Positions 11,578-22,807 are shown, counted from the first letter of the stretch. The stretch is 64,000 nt of DNA from Candidatus Oxydemutatoraceae bacterium (GCA_965220085.1 CBDCOZ010000003.1:640001-704000), one strand, 5' to 3'. Notes: generated by a model not told the origin, from the letters alone. Numbers and translations: made by a program.

Positions 11578-12771
11578 ATGGCACAGACGAGTCGCGTAGT
11601 TTCCGGCATGCGCCCGACGGGGCATATCCACCTCGGGCATTATCACGGCGTGGTTAAAAACTGGGCCGAGTTGCAACTCGCCCACGAATGTTTCTTTTTT
11701 GTCGCCGATTGGCACGCGCTGACCACCCACTACGAAGACCCGGGCGAGATAGAAGAGCGTTCGTTGGATATGGTGATCGATTGGCTCGCGTGCGGCATCA
11801 ACCCCGGCACCGCGACCTTGTTTATTCAGTCGCAGGCGCCGGAACACGCCGAGTTGAGTTTGTTGCTTGGGATGATGACGCCGCTCGGCTGGCTGGAGCG
11901 GGTTCCGAGTTATAAGGATGCGCACGAAAACGCGCGCCTGCGCACCTTCGGTTTTCTCGGCTATCCGTTGTTGCAGACCGCGGATATCCTGATCTACGGC
12001 GGCGATATGGTGCCGGTCGGCGAAGACCAGGTCGCGCATGTCGAGTTGGCGCGCGAGATTGCCCGGCGCTTTAACCATCTCTATGGTCGGGAGCATAACT
12101 TCGCCGAGCGCGCGGAGGAGATTATCGATCGGCTCGGGCGCAAGGATGCCGCGCTGTATCGCGATCTGCGCAAGCGCTATCAGGAGAAGGGCGACAGCGA
12201 GGTGCGCGATATCGCCACCGCGTTGATCGAGTCGCAGCAGAATATTACGATCAGCGATAGCGAACGCTTGCGCGGTTATCTGGACGGCTTGTCGCGGACG
12301 GTGTTGCCGGAGCCGCAGGCTTTGTTGACGAAGGCGCCGCGCATTCCCGGCGTCGACGGGCAGAAGATGTCGAAGTCTTTGCAGAATACGATCGCGCTGC
12401 GCGATACCGAGGAGGAGATAGAACACAAGTTGCGGACGATGCCGACCGACCCGGCGCGGATTCGGCGTACCGACCCGGGCGACCCCGAAAAATGCCCGGT
12501 GTGGGAGTGGCACAAGGTCTATTCCGACGCCGAGCGGCGGGCGTGGGTGACGGAGGGCTGTCGCAGCGCCGGCATCGGTTGCATTGATTGCAAGAAGCCG
12601 CTGATTGAGGCGGTGCAGGCCGAAGTCGGGCCGATTTGTCGGCGCATAACCGAATTTGAAAACGACAAGGGCACGGTGAAGAAAATTATCGCCGAGGGCA
12701 ACGAGGCCGCCCGCGATGTCGCGCGCGATACGATGGATGAGGTGCGGCGGGTGATGAAACTGGCGCACTGA
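11578..12771 (+). CDS. trpS: Tryptophan--tRNA ligase
   Basis: SGMRPTGHIHLGH (HIGH), VPVGEDQ, KMSKS. Confidence 0.97.
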   Translation: MAQTSRVVSGMRPTGHIHLGHYHGVVKNWAELQLAHECFFFVADWHALTTHYEDPGEIEERSLDMVIDWLACGINPGTATLFIQSQAPEHAELSLLLGMMTPLGWLERVPSYKDAHENARLRTFGFLGYPLLQTADILIYGGDMVPVGEDQVAHVELAREIARRFNHLYGREHNFAERAEEIIDRLGRKDAALYRDLRKRYQEKGDSEVRDIATALIESQQNITISDSERLRGYLDGLSRTVLPEPQALLTKAPRIPGVDGQKMSKSLQNTIALRDTEEEIEHKLRTMPTDPARIRRTDPGDPEKCPVWEWHKVYSDAERRAWVTEGCRSAGIGCIDCKKPLIEAVQAEVGPICRRITEFENDKGTVKKIIAEGNEAARDVARDTMDEVRRVMKLAH

Positions 12772-12783
12772 GGGGAGGGCACA

Positions 12784-13605
12784 TTGGAAACGATACAAGA
12801 CACGACGACAGACACTGCGACAGACAGCGGCGCGCAAGCGTCGCCGCTGGCGGTCATCGACGGCGAGGTCATTCGCGAACTGCCGCAAAACCTCTATATC
12901 CCGCCCGATGCGTTGCGCGTCTTTCTCGATGCGTTTGAAGGCCCGCTCGACCTGTTGCTGTATTTGATACGCGCGCAGAATTTGGATATTTTGCGGCTGC
13001 CTATCGCCAAGATTACCGGGCAGTACATGCGCTATATTGAAATGATGGAGGAACTCAAGATTGAGTTGGCCGTCGAGTATATGCTGATGGCCGCGATCCT
13101 CGCCGAAATCAAGTCGCGCACGCTGTTGCCGAGCGCTGCGGAGGACGAGGAGGGCGAGGATGACCCGCGCGCCGAGTTGGTGCGCCGCCTGCTGGAATAC
13201 GAGCGTTTTAAGCAAGCGGCCGAGAATCTTGATACTATAGCGCGTGTCGGACGCGAACATTGCGAGTTTGAGATGGCGTGCGGCGGATTGGAAATCGCGC
13301 GCCCGTTGCCGGAGGTGCGGCTGGAAGATTTGATACGCGCGTTGCAGGAAGTGTTCGCGCGGGTGTCGGCCAGGCAGAATCACCGTGTCGCGCGCGAGCC
13401 TTTGCCGGTGCAAGATCGTATCGCGACGATACTGAGTCTGGTGCGGAGCGGGGAGCTGGTCGAGTTCCACAAGTGCTTTGCGGCGGAGGAGGGCAGCGCC
13501 GGTGTGATCGTCAGTTTTCTGGCCGTGCTTGATTTGCTGAAGGCGGGCATGGTGACGATGGCGCAGAGCGAAGCGTATGCTCCGATTTATTTGAGGTCTG
13601 TTTGA
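12784..13605 (+). CDS. scpA: Segregation and condensation protein A
   Basis: FEGPLDLLLYLI, DPRAELVRRLLEYE. Confidence 0.95.
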   Translation: METIQDTTTDTATDSGAQASPLAVIDGEVIRELPQNLYIPPDALRVFLDAFEGPLDLLLYLIRAQNLDILRLPIAKITGQYMRYIEMMEELKIELAVEYMLMAAILAEIKSRTLLPSAAEDEEGEDDPRAELVRRLLEYERFKQAAENLDTIARVGREHCEFEMACGGLEIARPLPEVRLEDLIRALQEVFARVSARQNHRVAREPLPVQDRIATILSLVRSGELVEFHKCFAAEEGSAGVIVSFLAVLDLLKAGMVTMAQSEAYAPIYLRSV

Positions 13606-14606
13606 TGGAGAAAAAAGAATTGATGCGTGTGATTGAGGCTTTGTTGATGGCGAGCAGCCGTCCGCTGAGCCCGAACGAGATGGGCAAGGTGATAGGCGAC
13701 GGACAAAAGCCTGTGCCGCGCAAGGTGTTGCTTGAGGCGCTGGCGGAGTTGGCGCGCGAGTGCGAAGGCAAGGCGTACGAACTGGTCGAGGTGGCGTCCG
13801 GCTACCGTTATCAGACGCGCGCGGAGTTTTCCGATTGGCTCGCTAAGTTGTGGGAACAAAAGCCGGCGCGTTATTCGCGGGCGGCGCTGGAGACTTTGGC
13901 TTTGATCGTCTATCGCCAGCCGGTGACCCGCGCTGTGATCGAAGACATACGGGGGGTCGCCGTCAGCACGAATATCATCCGCGGCTTTGAGGACCGGGGG
14001 TGGATTGAGGTGGTTGGCCATAAGGAGGTGCCGGGTCGCCCGGCGTTGTATGCCACGACCCGGGCTTTTTTGGATGATTTCAACCTGCGTTCGCTGGATG
14101 AGTTGCCGGAGTTGCCGCAACTGCGTTCGGCGTCGGAGGTGATGGCGGCGAATGCCGAGGAGCCGCTGCCGACAGAAGGGAGTGCGCCGCCGTCGGAAGA
14201 GAGTGCGCCGCCGACAGAAGAGAGTGCGCCGCCGTCGGAAGAGAGTGCGCCGCCGCCGGAAGGGAGTGCGCCGCCGTCGGAAGAGAGTGCGCCGCCGCCG
14301 GAAGAGAGTGCGCCGCCGACAGAAGAGAGTGCGCCGCCGTCGGAAGAGAGTGCGCCGCCGTCGGAAGAGAGTGCGCCGCCGTCGGAAGAGAGTGCGCCGC
14401 CGTCGGAAGAGAGTGCGCCGCCGCCGGAAGAGAGTGCGCCGCCGCCGGAAGAGAGTGCGCCGCCGACAGAAGAGAGTGCGCCGCCGACAGAAGAGAGTGC
14501 GCCGCCGACAGAAGAGAGTGCGCCGCCGACAGAAGAGAGTGCGCCGCCGCCGGAAGAGAGTGCGCCGCCGACAGAAGAGAGTGCGCCGCCGCCGCTGGCG
14601 AGTTGA
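13602..14606 (+). CDS. scpB: Segregation and condensation protein B with repetitive tail
   Basis: YSRAALETLALIVYRQPVTRA.IEDIRGV, PGRPALYATT. Confidence 0.95.
   Translation: MMEKKELMRVIEALLMASSRPLSPNEMGKVIGDGQKPVPRKVLLEALAELARECEGKAYELVEVASGYRYQTRAEFSDWLAKLWEQKPARYSRAALETLALIVYRQPVTRAVIEDIRGVAVSTNIIRGFEDRGWIEVVGHKEVPGRPALYATTRAFLDDFNLRSLDELPELPQLRSASEVMAANAEEPLPTEGSAPPSEESAPPTEESAPPSEESAPPPEGSAPPSEESAPPPEESAPPTEESAPPSEESAPPSEESAPPSEESAPPSEESAPPPEESAPPPEESAPPTEESAPPTEESAPPTEESAPPTEESAPPPEESAPPTEESAPPPLAS
14175..14594 (+). repeat. 20 x 21-bp coding tandem repeat, E(E/G)SAPP(S/T/P)
   Basis: gaagagagtgcgccgccg(tcg/aca/ccg) repeated; copies counted from the protein. Confidence 0.97.
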
Positions 14607-14626
14607 CATGCTGATAAGATGACAAG

Positions 14627-16477
14627 ATGAGTAGGTCTCCGCTAAACGAGCAGAATGGCAACCAGCCGATACCCGGCTCGGATATCATTATCCGCGCGCT
14701 TTCGGAGCTCGGGGTGGACACGATATTCGGTTATAGCGGCGGGGCGATACTGCCGACCTATGATGCCATCTTTCGCTACAACGAGGCGCACCGCGAGGCG
14801 GCGGGACGCGACAAGATCAATCTGATCGTACCGGCGAACGAACAGGGCGCGGGTTTCATGGCGGCGGGGTATGCCCGCGCCAGCGGCCGCCCGGGTATCG
14901 CGCTGGTGACATCCGGCCCGGGCGCGACTAATTCTGTGACGCCGGTGCGCGATTCGTATGCCGATTCGGCTCCGCTGATTTTGATCTGCGGGCAGGTGCC
15001 GCTGGCGGCGATGGGCACCGACGCTTTTCAGGAAGCGCCGATCATCAATATCATGTCGCCGTGCGCCAAGCATGTGTTTCTGGTCAAGGAAGCCGACAAG
15101 TTGGAGGCGACGATTCGCACCGCTTTTGAGATCGCTTTGAGCGGTCGCCCGGGGCCGGTTGTCATAGACATACCGAAAGATGTGCAAAACGACCAGTGTG
15201 CGTACCGCGGCAAGGGGGTGTTGACGTTGCCCGGTTATCGGCGGCGGCTGGAGCGCATCGCCGATAGCCGTTTGTCGGCACCGCACTGTGCCGAGTTCTT
15301 TGCCTTGCTCAAGCGCTCCCGTCGGCCGCTGGCCTATGTCGGCGGCGGCGTCATTCATGCCAACGCCGCCGATACGGTGCGCGCGTTTCTGCAACGCTAC
15401 CGCATACCCGTCGTGACGACGTTGATGGGCATCGGCGCGGTGGACACCGAGGATGCGCTGAGTTTGCATATGCTCGGCATGCACGGCACGGCGGCGGCGA
15501 ACTATGCGGTGGAAGATTGCGACTTTTTGCTTTCTATCGGCGCGCGGTTTGACGACCGCGTCGTCGGACGGCCCGATCTGTTCGCGCCGAATGCCAAGAC
15601 GATCGCCCACATTGACATAGACAGCGCCGAGATCGGCAAGGTGATGAACACGCAGTGGTCCCATCACGGCGATGCGAAGACCGCGCTGGCGGATCTGATG
15701 GCGAATGACGACGGCTTTGCGGGCGATTTTTCGCAGTGGGGCGAGCATGTCGCGCGGCTAAAGAAAAAGTATTGCCTCAACTACGACCGCGATAGCGATG
15801 AGATTCAGCCTTATTATGTGCTGGATTTGTTGAACGAATTGATCCAGGGCGAGGCGATCATTACAACCGGCGTGGGGCAACATCAGATGTGGGCGGCGCA
15901 ATATCTGGATTACAAACACCCGCGGTCGTGGCTGACATCGGGTTCTATGGGCACGATGGGGTTCGGTTTGCCGGGCGCTATCGGCGCGCAGTTTGCGCAC
16001 CCCGACAAGATGGTTTTTGATGTGGACGGCGACGGCAGCCTGCGGATGAATATCGGCGAGTTGGAGACGGTTACGACCTACGAGTTGCCGATCAAGATTT
16101 TGTTGCTGAATAATTACGGCGACGGGATGGTGCGGCAGTGGCAGAAGACGTTTTTTAAGAATCGGTTTTCGGGCAGCGACAAATCGCTGTTTCGCAAGGA
16201 TTTCATTCTCGCCGCGCAGGCGGACGGTTTCTCTTTTGCGCGGCGGGCGGAGAAAAAAGCCGAACTCAAAGCGGCTTTGCAAGACTTTGTGCGGGCTGAG
16301 GGGCCGGCTTTTCTGGAGGTGATTATCGATCAGGAGGCCGGGGTGTATCCGATGGTGAGCCCGGGCGCCGGTTATCAGCAGATGATTACGGGCGACTACA
16401 TCGCCAGCCGCGATGCCGCCGAGGCGGGCGATGACGAAGACTCCGCCGACCCGATTCGCAGCCCGAATATGTTTTGA
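14627..16477 (+). CDS. ilvB: Acetolactate synthase large subunit
   Basis: TSGPGATN, GTDAFQE, GVGQHQMWAAQ, GDGS ThDP motif. Confidence 0.93.
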   Translation: MSRSPLNEQNGNQPIPGSDIIIRALSELGVDTIFGYSGGAILPTYDAIFRYNEAHREAAGRDKINLIVPANEQGAGFMAAGYARASGRPGIALVTSGPGATNSVTPVRDSYADSAPLILICGQVPLAAMGTDAFQEAPIINIMSPCAKHVFLVKEADKLEATIRTAFEIALSGRPGPVVIDIPKDVQNDQCAYRGKGVLTLPGYRRRLERIADSRLSAPHCAEFFALLKRSRRPLAYVGGGVIHANAADTVRAFLQRYRIPVVTTLMGIGAVDTEDALSLHMLGMHGTAAANYAVEDCDFLLSIGARFDDRVVGRPDLFAPNAKTIAHIDIDSAEIGKVMNTQWSHHGDAKTALADLMANDDGFAGDFSQWGEHVARLKKKYCLNYDRDSDEIQPYYVLDLLNELIQGEAIITTGVGQHQMWAAQYLDYKHPRSWLTSGSMGTMGFGLPGAIGAQFAHPDKMVFDVDGDGSLRMNIGELETVTTYELPIKILLLNNYGDGMVRQWQKTFFKNRFSGSDKSLFRKDFILAAQADGFSFARRAEKKAELKAALQDFVRAEGPAFLEVIIDQEAGVYPMVSPGAGYQQMITGDYIASRDAAEAGDDEDSADPIRSPNMF

Positions 16478-16511
16478 TGGCTTCGGCGGCGCTTAACCCG
16501 GCGGATGGATC

Positions 16512-17681
16512 ATGAGGACGGGCAAGAAACTGTGGTCGTTTGCGTTCGTAGCCGTCGCGCTGGCGCTCGCGTACGGCTATTCCCTTCTGCATAATCAAGT
16601 GAGCATCCCGTTTCGGTTGACGCACGCCGATGTTCCTGCGCGCGCGAGTTTGCGCGAGTTGCGGGTGGCGGATGACTATCGGATAGAGTTCTTTATCCCG
16701 CCGGGGGAGCAGGGGATGGACAGCCCCAGGCAGATTGCGGTCGCGGATGACGGTTGGGTGTTTATCGGCTCCTACGGGGGGAAGGTGTATGCGGCGAGAG
16801 ACCGCGACGGCGACGGGCGCGCCGATGTGATTCGCACTATCGCGGACGGTCTCACTGTGCCGCACGGTGTCGCTTTTCACGCCGGCAGGCTCTACATCGG
16901 AACGGTATCGGCGATTTATGTGGTTGACGATGTGATGGCGCAACTGCGGCGGCATAAGACGACCGTTCCGCTGACCCCTTTGATCAAGGGCTTGCCCGAC
17001 AGCGCTTGGCACGGCACGCGTCATCTCAAGGTCGGGCCGGACAATCTTTTGTATGTGTCGCTCGGCACGCCTTGCAATGTGTGTGTGCCGCCGGATGAGG
17101 AGTTTGCCGCTGTGATACGCCGTTACGATTTGGACGGCAAGGGCGGCGAGGTCTACGCGCGCGGCATCCGCAATGCGGTCGGTTTTGACTGGCATCCCGG
17201 CAGCGGTGAGATGTGGTTTGCCGACAACGGGCGCGATTGGATGGGCGATGATCTGCCGAGCGACGAGTTGAATCGTGTTACGCGTTCGGGGCAACATTTC
17301 GGCTTTCCGTATTGCCATCAGGGCGATGTGCCCGACCCGCAATTCGGCAAACAACGGAAGTGCTCCGAGTTTGCCGCGCCGGCGTGGCTGACAGGCCCCC
17401 ATGTGGCTAATTTGGGCATGGCTTTTGATGCCGCCGGCAGGTATGCCTATGTCGCTTTGCACGGTTCGTGGAACCACAGTCAAAAGGTCGGCTATGCTGT
17501 GTATCGCGCGCGGATTGACAAAAACGAGGTGCGGGATTTCACGCCGTTTGTCGAAGGTTGGTTAACCGCAAACAAGGCGGTATTGGGGCGGCCTGTGGAT
17601 GTCGCTTTTACCGCCGATGGCGGGATGCTGATAACGGATGATTTTACCGATGCGGTATATCGCATCCGCAAGCGGCGTTGA
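16512..17681 (+). CDS. PQQ-dependent sugar/sorbosone dehydrogenase family protein
   Basis: ARGIRNAVGFDW, DNGRD, FGFPYC, HGSWN, GRPVDV; N-terminal TM/signal. Confidence 0.85.
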   Translation: MRTGKKLWSFAFVAVALALAYGYSLLHNQVSIPFRLTHADVPARASLRELRVADDYRIEFFIPPGEQGMDSPRQIAVADDGWVFIGSYGGKVYAARDRDGDGRADVIRTIADGLTVPHGVAFHAGRLYIGTVSAIYVVDDVMAQLRRHKTTVPLTPLIKGLPDSAWHGTRHLKVGPDNLLYVSLGTPCNVCVPPDEEFAAVIRRYDLDGKGGEVYARGIRNAVGFDWHPGSGEMWFADNGRDWMGDDLPSDELNRVTRSGQHFGFPYCHQGDVPDPQFGKQRKCSEFAAPAWLTGPHVANLGMAFDAAGRYAYVALHGSWNHSQKVGYAVYRARIDKNEVRDFTPFVEGWLTANKAVLGRPVDVAFTADGGMLITDDFTDAVYRIRKRR

Positions 17682-17696
17682 ACTGACACCGCCCGG

Positions 17697-18524
17697 TCAG
17701 GTTTTGTGGCGGCGGTATAGCTCCCTGCGCGGTATCCGGCTCAGTTTGGCGGTGATCTTGGCGGCGGTTGTCGGCGGCAGATACGCGCCGAGCACATGCA
17801 ACAACTCGTCGGCGGTGACGGTAATAGAATCCTTGGCTGTGTTGTTGTCGCCCGCAAGCAGCAGAACGAATTCGCCTTTATAGCGCAGTGTGTCTTGGTT
17901 CAGCCAAGCGATGATCTCGGCGATAGCGCCCCGCTTGACGGTTTCGTGGATTTTGGTCAGTTCTTTGCCGAGGCACATAGCGCGATCGGCGCCGAAACTC
18001 GCTTGCATATCCGCCAAGGCGTCGGCCAAGCGATGCGGCGCTTCAAAGAAGATCAATGTTCTGTCTTCCGCGCTCAATGTGCGCAGCCGCTTCAGTCGTT
18101 CGCTGGGACGCGCGGGCAGAAACCCTTCAAATACGAAACGGTCTCCGTCAAAGCCGCAACACGATAGCGCCGCGGGTATCGCGCAGGCGCCGGGCAGCGG
18201 GCTGACGCGAATGTCGTTGCGGTGCGCTTCGTTGACGAGTATCTTGCCGGCATCGCGAATCGCCGGTGTGCCGGCATCGCATATCAGCGCGATGGCGCTT
18301 CCCTCTTGCAGTTGTTTGATGATGCCCGCGCAGCGGTTTGCTTCGTTATGGCGGTGCAGGCTTTTTACCGCGGTCGTGATCGCGTGGTGTTGCAGCAACT
18401 GTCTGCTGGCGCGCGTATCCTCGCATAGGATAAGGTCGGCATCGCGCAACGCTTTGAGGGTTCGCAGGCTGATGTCGCCCAGATTGCCAATCGGGGTGGC
18501 GGCGATATATAGGGTTCCGCTCAT
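17697..18524 (-). CDS. rsmI: 16S rRNA C1402 2'-O-methyltransferase
   Basis: LYIAATPIGNLGDIS, CEDTR, DAGTP, ELTKIHE. Confidence 0.96.
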   Translation of the reverse strand: MSGTLYIAATPIGNLGDISLRTLKALRDADLILCEDTRASRQLLQHHAITTAVKSLHRHNEANRCAGIIKQLQEGSAIALICDAGTPAIRDAGKILVNEAHRNDIRVSPLPGACAIPAALSCCGFDGDRFVFEGFLPARPSERLKRLRTLSAEDRTLIFFEAPHRLADALADMQASFGADRAMCLGKELTKIHETVKRGAIAEIIAWLNQDTLRYKGEFVLLLAGDNNTAKDSITVTADELLHVLGAYLPPTTAAKITAKLSRIPRRELYRRHKT

Positions 18525-18580
18525 CGTTACCGTGCTGTGTAGTAAAATAGCCCGATTATACTCCGCCGCCACAAGAATGA

Positions 18581-20434
18581 ATGATATTCGTTGATGACAA
18601 CAAACTGCGACTCTATTTTTGCCATGCCGTTTTGGGCTTGGTGTTGTCGTTTTTGACCGGGTGCGCCGAGTTCAATCCGGATGATTTGACGCCGTTGCAG
18701 AAGATACGGATGGAATGGGCGTATGCGCAGGCAGACAGCTTGCTCGATGACGCGGAGTATACGAAAGCGGCCAAGATACTGGCGGATGCCGCGTGGGATT
18801 TGCCGTCGCCGCCGCGCGACCGCATGCAGATCAAGAGCGCGCAGATATTGGCCGAAGGTAATTTTTTGCTGAAGGCGTTTCAGCAACTGAAACGCGTCGA
18901 TGAGACGGCGCTGTCGCCGTCCGAGTTGCTGGAGAAGCGCATCCTTGACGCGCGTTTTTATCGCCAAGCCAATCGCCCCGAGAAGGTGTTGCAGAGTCTG
19001 CCGCCGGCAATCATTGGCGCCGAGGACAAGGAAGCGCAAATCCTCTCGTTTGCGATGCGCGCCGACGCCGCGCTTGCGACCCGCGATTATATCGGCAGCG
19101 TTGAGGCGCGGATACGATTAGACCCGCTGTTGAGCGATGACGAAGCGGATGAAAACATCACCGCTTTGTGGCATGCGTTGGTCGCCGAGAGCCCCGAAAA
19201 GATTGAAGACCGAATCCGCCGCGACGATGCCGGGCGCGCGCTCGACGCATGGCTTGAGTTGGCGCGCTTGGCGACGCCGCGGCAAGTGCGACGGGATGTG
19301 TTGGAGCGACGCTATGCGGACTGGAAAGAGCGCAATGCGTTTCTGAACTCGCCGGCATCGTTGCTGACCTTCCTGCGGCTGCGCTGGGATTATCTCGATT
19401 TCAATCCGCGGCGGGTCTCGTTGTTGCTGCCGTTGACCGGCGATTATGTGCGCGCCGGCAAAGTCATCCGCGACGGTTTTATGCGCGCGTATGACCAGGC
19501 CGAATCGCCGCCCGAGATAAAAATCTATAACACCGATCAGGCAAAGAGCATCACCGAGCTCTATCGCCAAGCGATCGCCGAAGGCACGGACTTGGTCATC
19601 GGGCCTTTGCTGAAAGCGAAAGTGGACGAACTGATCGCCGGCACCGAATTTAGCGTCCCGACAATCGTGTTGAACTATCACTCGCAAAAACATATCAAGC
19701 CGCGCGGCGAGTTGTTTCAATTCGGCTTGTTGCCCGAAGACGACGCGGCGCAGGTGGCGCAGAAGATGATAGAAAAGGGACATGTGTTCGGCATGGTTTT
19801 GGCGCCCGATAGCGAGTGGGGCGCGCGGATGGAGCGGGCGTTTGTCGAGGAGTATCAAAAGCAGGGCGGCGAGATACGCGACATCTTCCGCTACGATCCC
19901 AATTTTTCCGATTATTCCGCGTTTGTGCAGTCGGGGTTGCGGCTTGACGAGAGCCGTCGCCGCCACCGGCGGGCGGAAGAGACCGCCGAGCGCAAGTTGC
20001 GGTTTACGCCCCGCATCCGCGATGACATCACTGCGGCTGCGATGTTTTCAAACTACGAAAACGGCGTGTTGATCTATCCCTTGCTCAAGTTTCATTATGC
20101 CCATGATCTGTCGGTGTTCTCTACTTCGCATATCTATGAGCCGCAGAAAAGCAAACTGCTGCGCGAGTTGGACGGGATGGTCTACTGCGATATTCCGGCG
20201 GTGATAGACGGCATAGAGGAGACCTTTGAAAACAACAGCCATCTGCGCCTGTTTGCGTTGGGCGCGGATGCCTATCGCCTGAGCAGGCTGATTCGCCGGA
20301 TCGCTTTGGGCAATACCAGTTTTGACGGCATGACCGGGCGGATTACGCTGCACAGCAAGCGCCGCTTGTTTAGAAACCTTTCGTGGGCGCGGTTTGAGCG
20401 CGGCCAGCCCGTGAGCCTCGGGCGCGGCTGGTGA
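18581..20434 (+). CDS. lpoA: Penicillin-binding protein activator LpoA-like lipoprotein
   Basis: Lipobox LTGC, LLLPLTG, IGPLLK, RLFALGADAY; rsmI-lpoA-yraN-gmhA synteny. Confidence 0.88.
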   Translation: MIFVDDNKLRLYFCHAVLGLVLSFLTGCAEFNPDDLTPLQKIRMEWAYAQADSLLDDAEYTKAAKILADAAWDLPSPPRDRMQIKSAQILAEGNFLLKAFQQLKRVDETALSPSELLEKRILDARFYRQANRPEKVLQSLPPAIIGAEDKEAQILSFAMRADAALATRDYIGSVEARIRLDPLLSDDEADENITALWHALVAESPEKIEDRIRRDDAGRALDAWLELARLATPRQVRRDVLERRYADWKERNAFLNSPASLLTFLRLRWDYLDFNPRRVSLLLPLTGDYVRAGKVIRDGFMRAYDQAESPPEIKIYNTDQAKSITELYRQAIAEGTDLVIGPLLKAKVDELIAGTEFSVPTIVLNYHSQKHIKPRGELFQFGLLPEDDAAQVAQKMIEKGHVFGMVLAPDSEWGARMERAFVEEYQKQGGEIRDIFRYDPNFSDYSAFVQSGLRLDESRRRHRRAEETAERKLRFTPRIRDDITAAAMFSNYENGVLIYPLLKFHYAHDLSVFSTSHIYEPQKSKLLRELDGMVYCDIPAVIDGIEETFENNSHLRLFALGADAYRLSRLIRRIALGNTSFDGMTGRITLHSKRRLFRNLSWARFERGQPVSLGRGW

Positions 20435-20790
20435 AGGGCGCGCGCGTATCCGGTTCCGATGCGGAAGCTGTCGCCTTGCGCTACCTGCAAGGGCGCGGCC
20501 TGAAACTTATCGCGCGCAATTATGCGACCCGTTACGGCGAGATAGATTTGATCATGCGCGAGCGGGCGACGGCGGTGTTTGTCGAAGTCCGGATGCGCAA
20601 GCAGCGGGCGTTCGGCCACGCCGCGGAGACGATCGACCGGCACAAACGCAAGCGTCTGATCATGACCGCGGACAGTTGGATACAAGAGCATGAGTTCAAA
20701 GGCGATTGCCGTTTTGATGTGGTCGCGGTAGACGGCGGCGCCGCGCCGCGTTGGTTGCGCAACGCCTTTGAATACAATGGTGAGATATAA
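20431..20790 (+). CDS. yraN: YraN family protein (UPF0102)
   Basis: RNY..RYGEIDLIM, FVEVR, CRFDVV. Confidence 0.93.
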   Translation: MKGARVSGSDAEAVALRYLQGRGLKLIARNYATRYGEIDLIMRERATAVFVEVRMRKQRAFGHAAETIDRHKRKRLIMTADSWIQEHEFKGDCRFDVVAVDGGAAPRWLRNAFEYNGEI

Positions 20791-20811
20791 TCTCCGATTA
20801 GCGGATTTTGA

Positions 20812-21414
<603 letters not shown>

Positions 21415-21418
21415 AGCG

Positions 21419-22807
21419 GTGCCGGTTGCGGATACGGTCATCGATGCGTTGCGTTCTGTTTGTGATCGCGAGCGGGTGACGGATTCGGCGGCCGAATGCT
21501 GGGTCTATGGCAATGACAATAGCCAACTTCACGCGCCGCCCGATGCGGTCGTATTTCCGCAGAGTCATGACGAGGTGTTGCAGATCGTGCGCATTTGTCG
21601 CAAGCATCGTGTGCCGATTACCCCCAGAGGACGCGGCACCGGAACGACCGGCGCGGCGACCGCGCCTCTGGGCGGCGTGATGATTTCGTTTGAGAAAATG
21701 GATCGCATTCTGGAGTTGAACAGCGCTAATCGCACCCTGCGTGTGCAGCCGGGCGTAATCAACCGCGATGCGCAGACGTATTGCGAACCGCACGGTTTGT
21801 TTTGGCCGCCGGATCCCGGCAGTTCGGCGTATTGCAGTATCGGCGGCAACCTCGCTTGTAATTCCGCCGGGCCGCACACCTTGAAGTACGGCAGCACGCG
21901 CGACAATACGCTGCAAGTGAAGGCGGTCAGCGGCGCCGGCGAGACTTTGGTCTGCGGGGCGATAACGAGCAAGAGCGTGGTCGGGCTTGATCTGGCGCGC
22001 TTGTTGGTCGGCTCCGAGGGTATTCTCGCTGTGATTACCGAAGCCGTGCTCAAACTGAGCGTGATACCCGAGAAGCGGCTGGTGATGCGGGCAGATTTTG
22101 CGTCGGTGGCGCGCGCGGCCGATGCGATATGCGCGATCATGAGCCGCTCGCAGATGGTGTGCGCGTTGGAATTGATGGACGATGTGTGTGTCGGGCTGTT
22201 GCGCAAGCATTCAAGCCAGACTTTGTCGCCGCAGACACAGGCGGTCTTGATCGTTGAGATAGACGGCGGTCGTTGCGCCGCGGATGAGGCGGCGCAAGCG
22301 GTGCGACAGATTCTTGAAGACTACGATCCGGTCGCCGTGGCGGCGGCGGACGATGCGCAAAGCGCGGATGATCTGTGGGCGGCGCGCAAAGATTTGTCGC
22401 CGACACTGAGGAATCATAAGCCGCTCAAGATCAGCGAGGATGTCGTTGTTCCGGTATCGGAACTGACCGAGTTTGTCGCGGGGATACAAAAGGTTGCGGA
22501 TAGCTATCGGGTGTGCATCGCTAATTTCGGTCACGCCGGCAATGGCAATTTGCATGTCAATGTGTTGTACGATCGCGGACAGGAGGAGGCGGCGCAGAAG
22601 GCGATTGAGGACGTCTTCGCGCTGGCCATTGCCAAGCAGGGAAGCATTTCCGGAGAGCACGGCATCGGGCTGAACAAGTTGGATTTTGTTTCTTTGGAGA
22701 TCGAGCCCGCGACCCTCGCTTTGATGCATCAGATCAAGCGGGCGTTTGATCCGGACAATATCCTCAACGGCAACAAAACATTGCCGGAGCCGGCACCCGC
22801 CAGATGA
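21419..22807 (+). CDS. FAD-linked oxidase, GlcD / D-2-hydroxyacid dehydrogenase family
   Basis: PRGRGTG, PPDPGS...SIGGN, GHAGNGNLH, ISGEHGIG. Confidence 0.88.
   Translation: MPVADTVIDALRSVCDRERVTDSAAECWVYGNDNSQLHAPPDAVVFPQSHDEVLQIVRICRKHRVPITPRGRGTGTTGAATAPLGGVMISFEKMDRILELNSANRTLRVQPGVINRDAQTYCEPHGLFWPPDPGSSAYCSIGGNLACNSAGPHTLKYGSTRDNTLQVKAVSGAGETLVCGAITSKSVVGLDLARLLVGSEGILAVITEAVLKLSVIPEKRLVMRADFASVARAADAICAIMSRSQMVCALELMDDVCVGLLRKHSSQTLSPQTQAVLIVEIDGGRCAADEAAQAVRQILEDYDPVAVAAADDAQSADDLWAARKDLSPTLRNHKPLKISEDVVVPVSELTEFVAGIQKVADSYRVCIANFGHAGNGNLHVNVLYDRGQEEAAQKAIEDVFALAIAKQGSISGEHGIGLNKLDFVSLEIEPATLALMHQIKRAFDPDNILNGNKTLPEPAPAR

Noticed and set aside
12922-12960. FLDAFEGPLDLL in ScpA resembling FLEGPLR
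   Set aside because: This is the conserved internal kleisin motif of ScpA; the similarity is coincidental.
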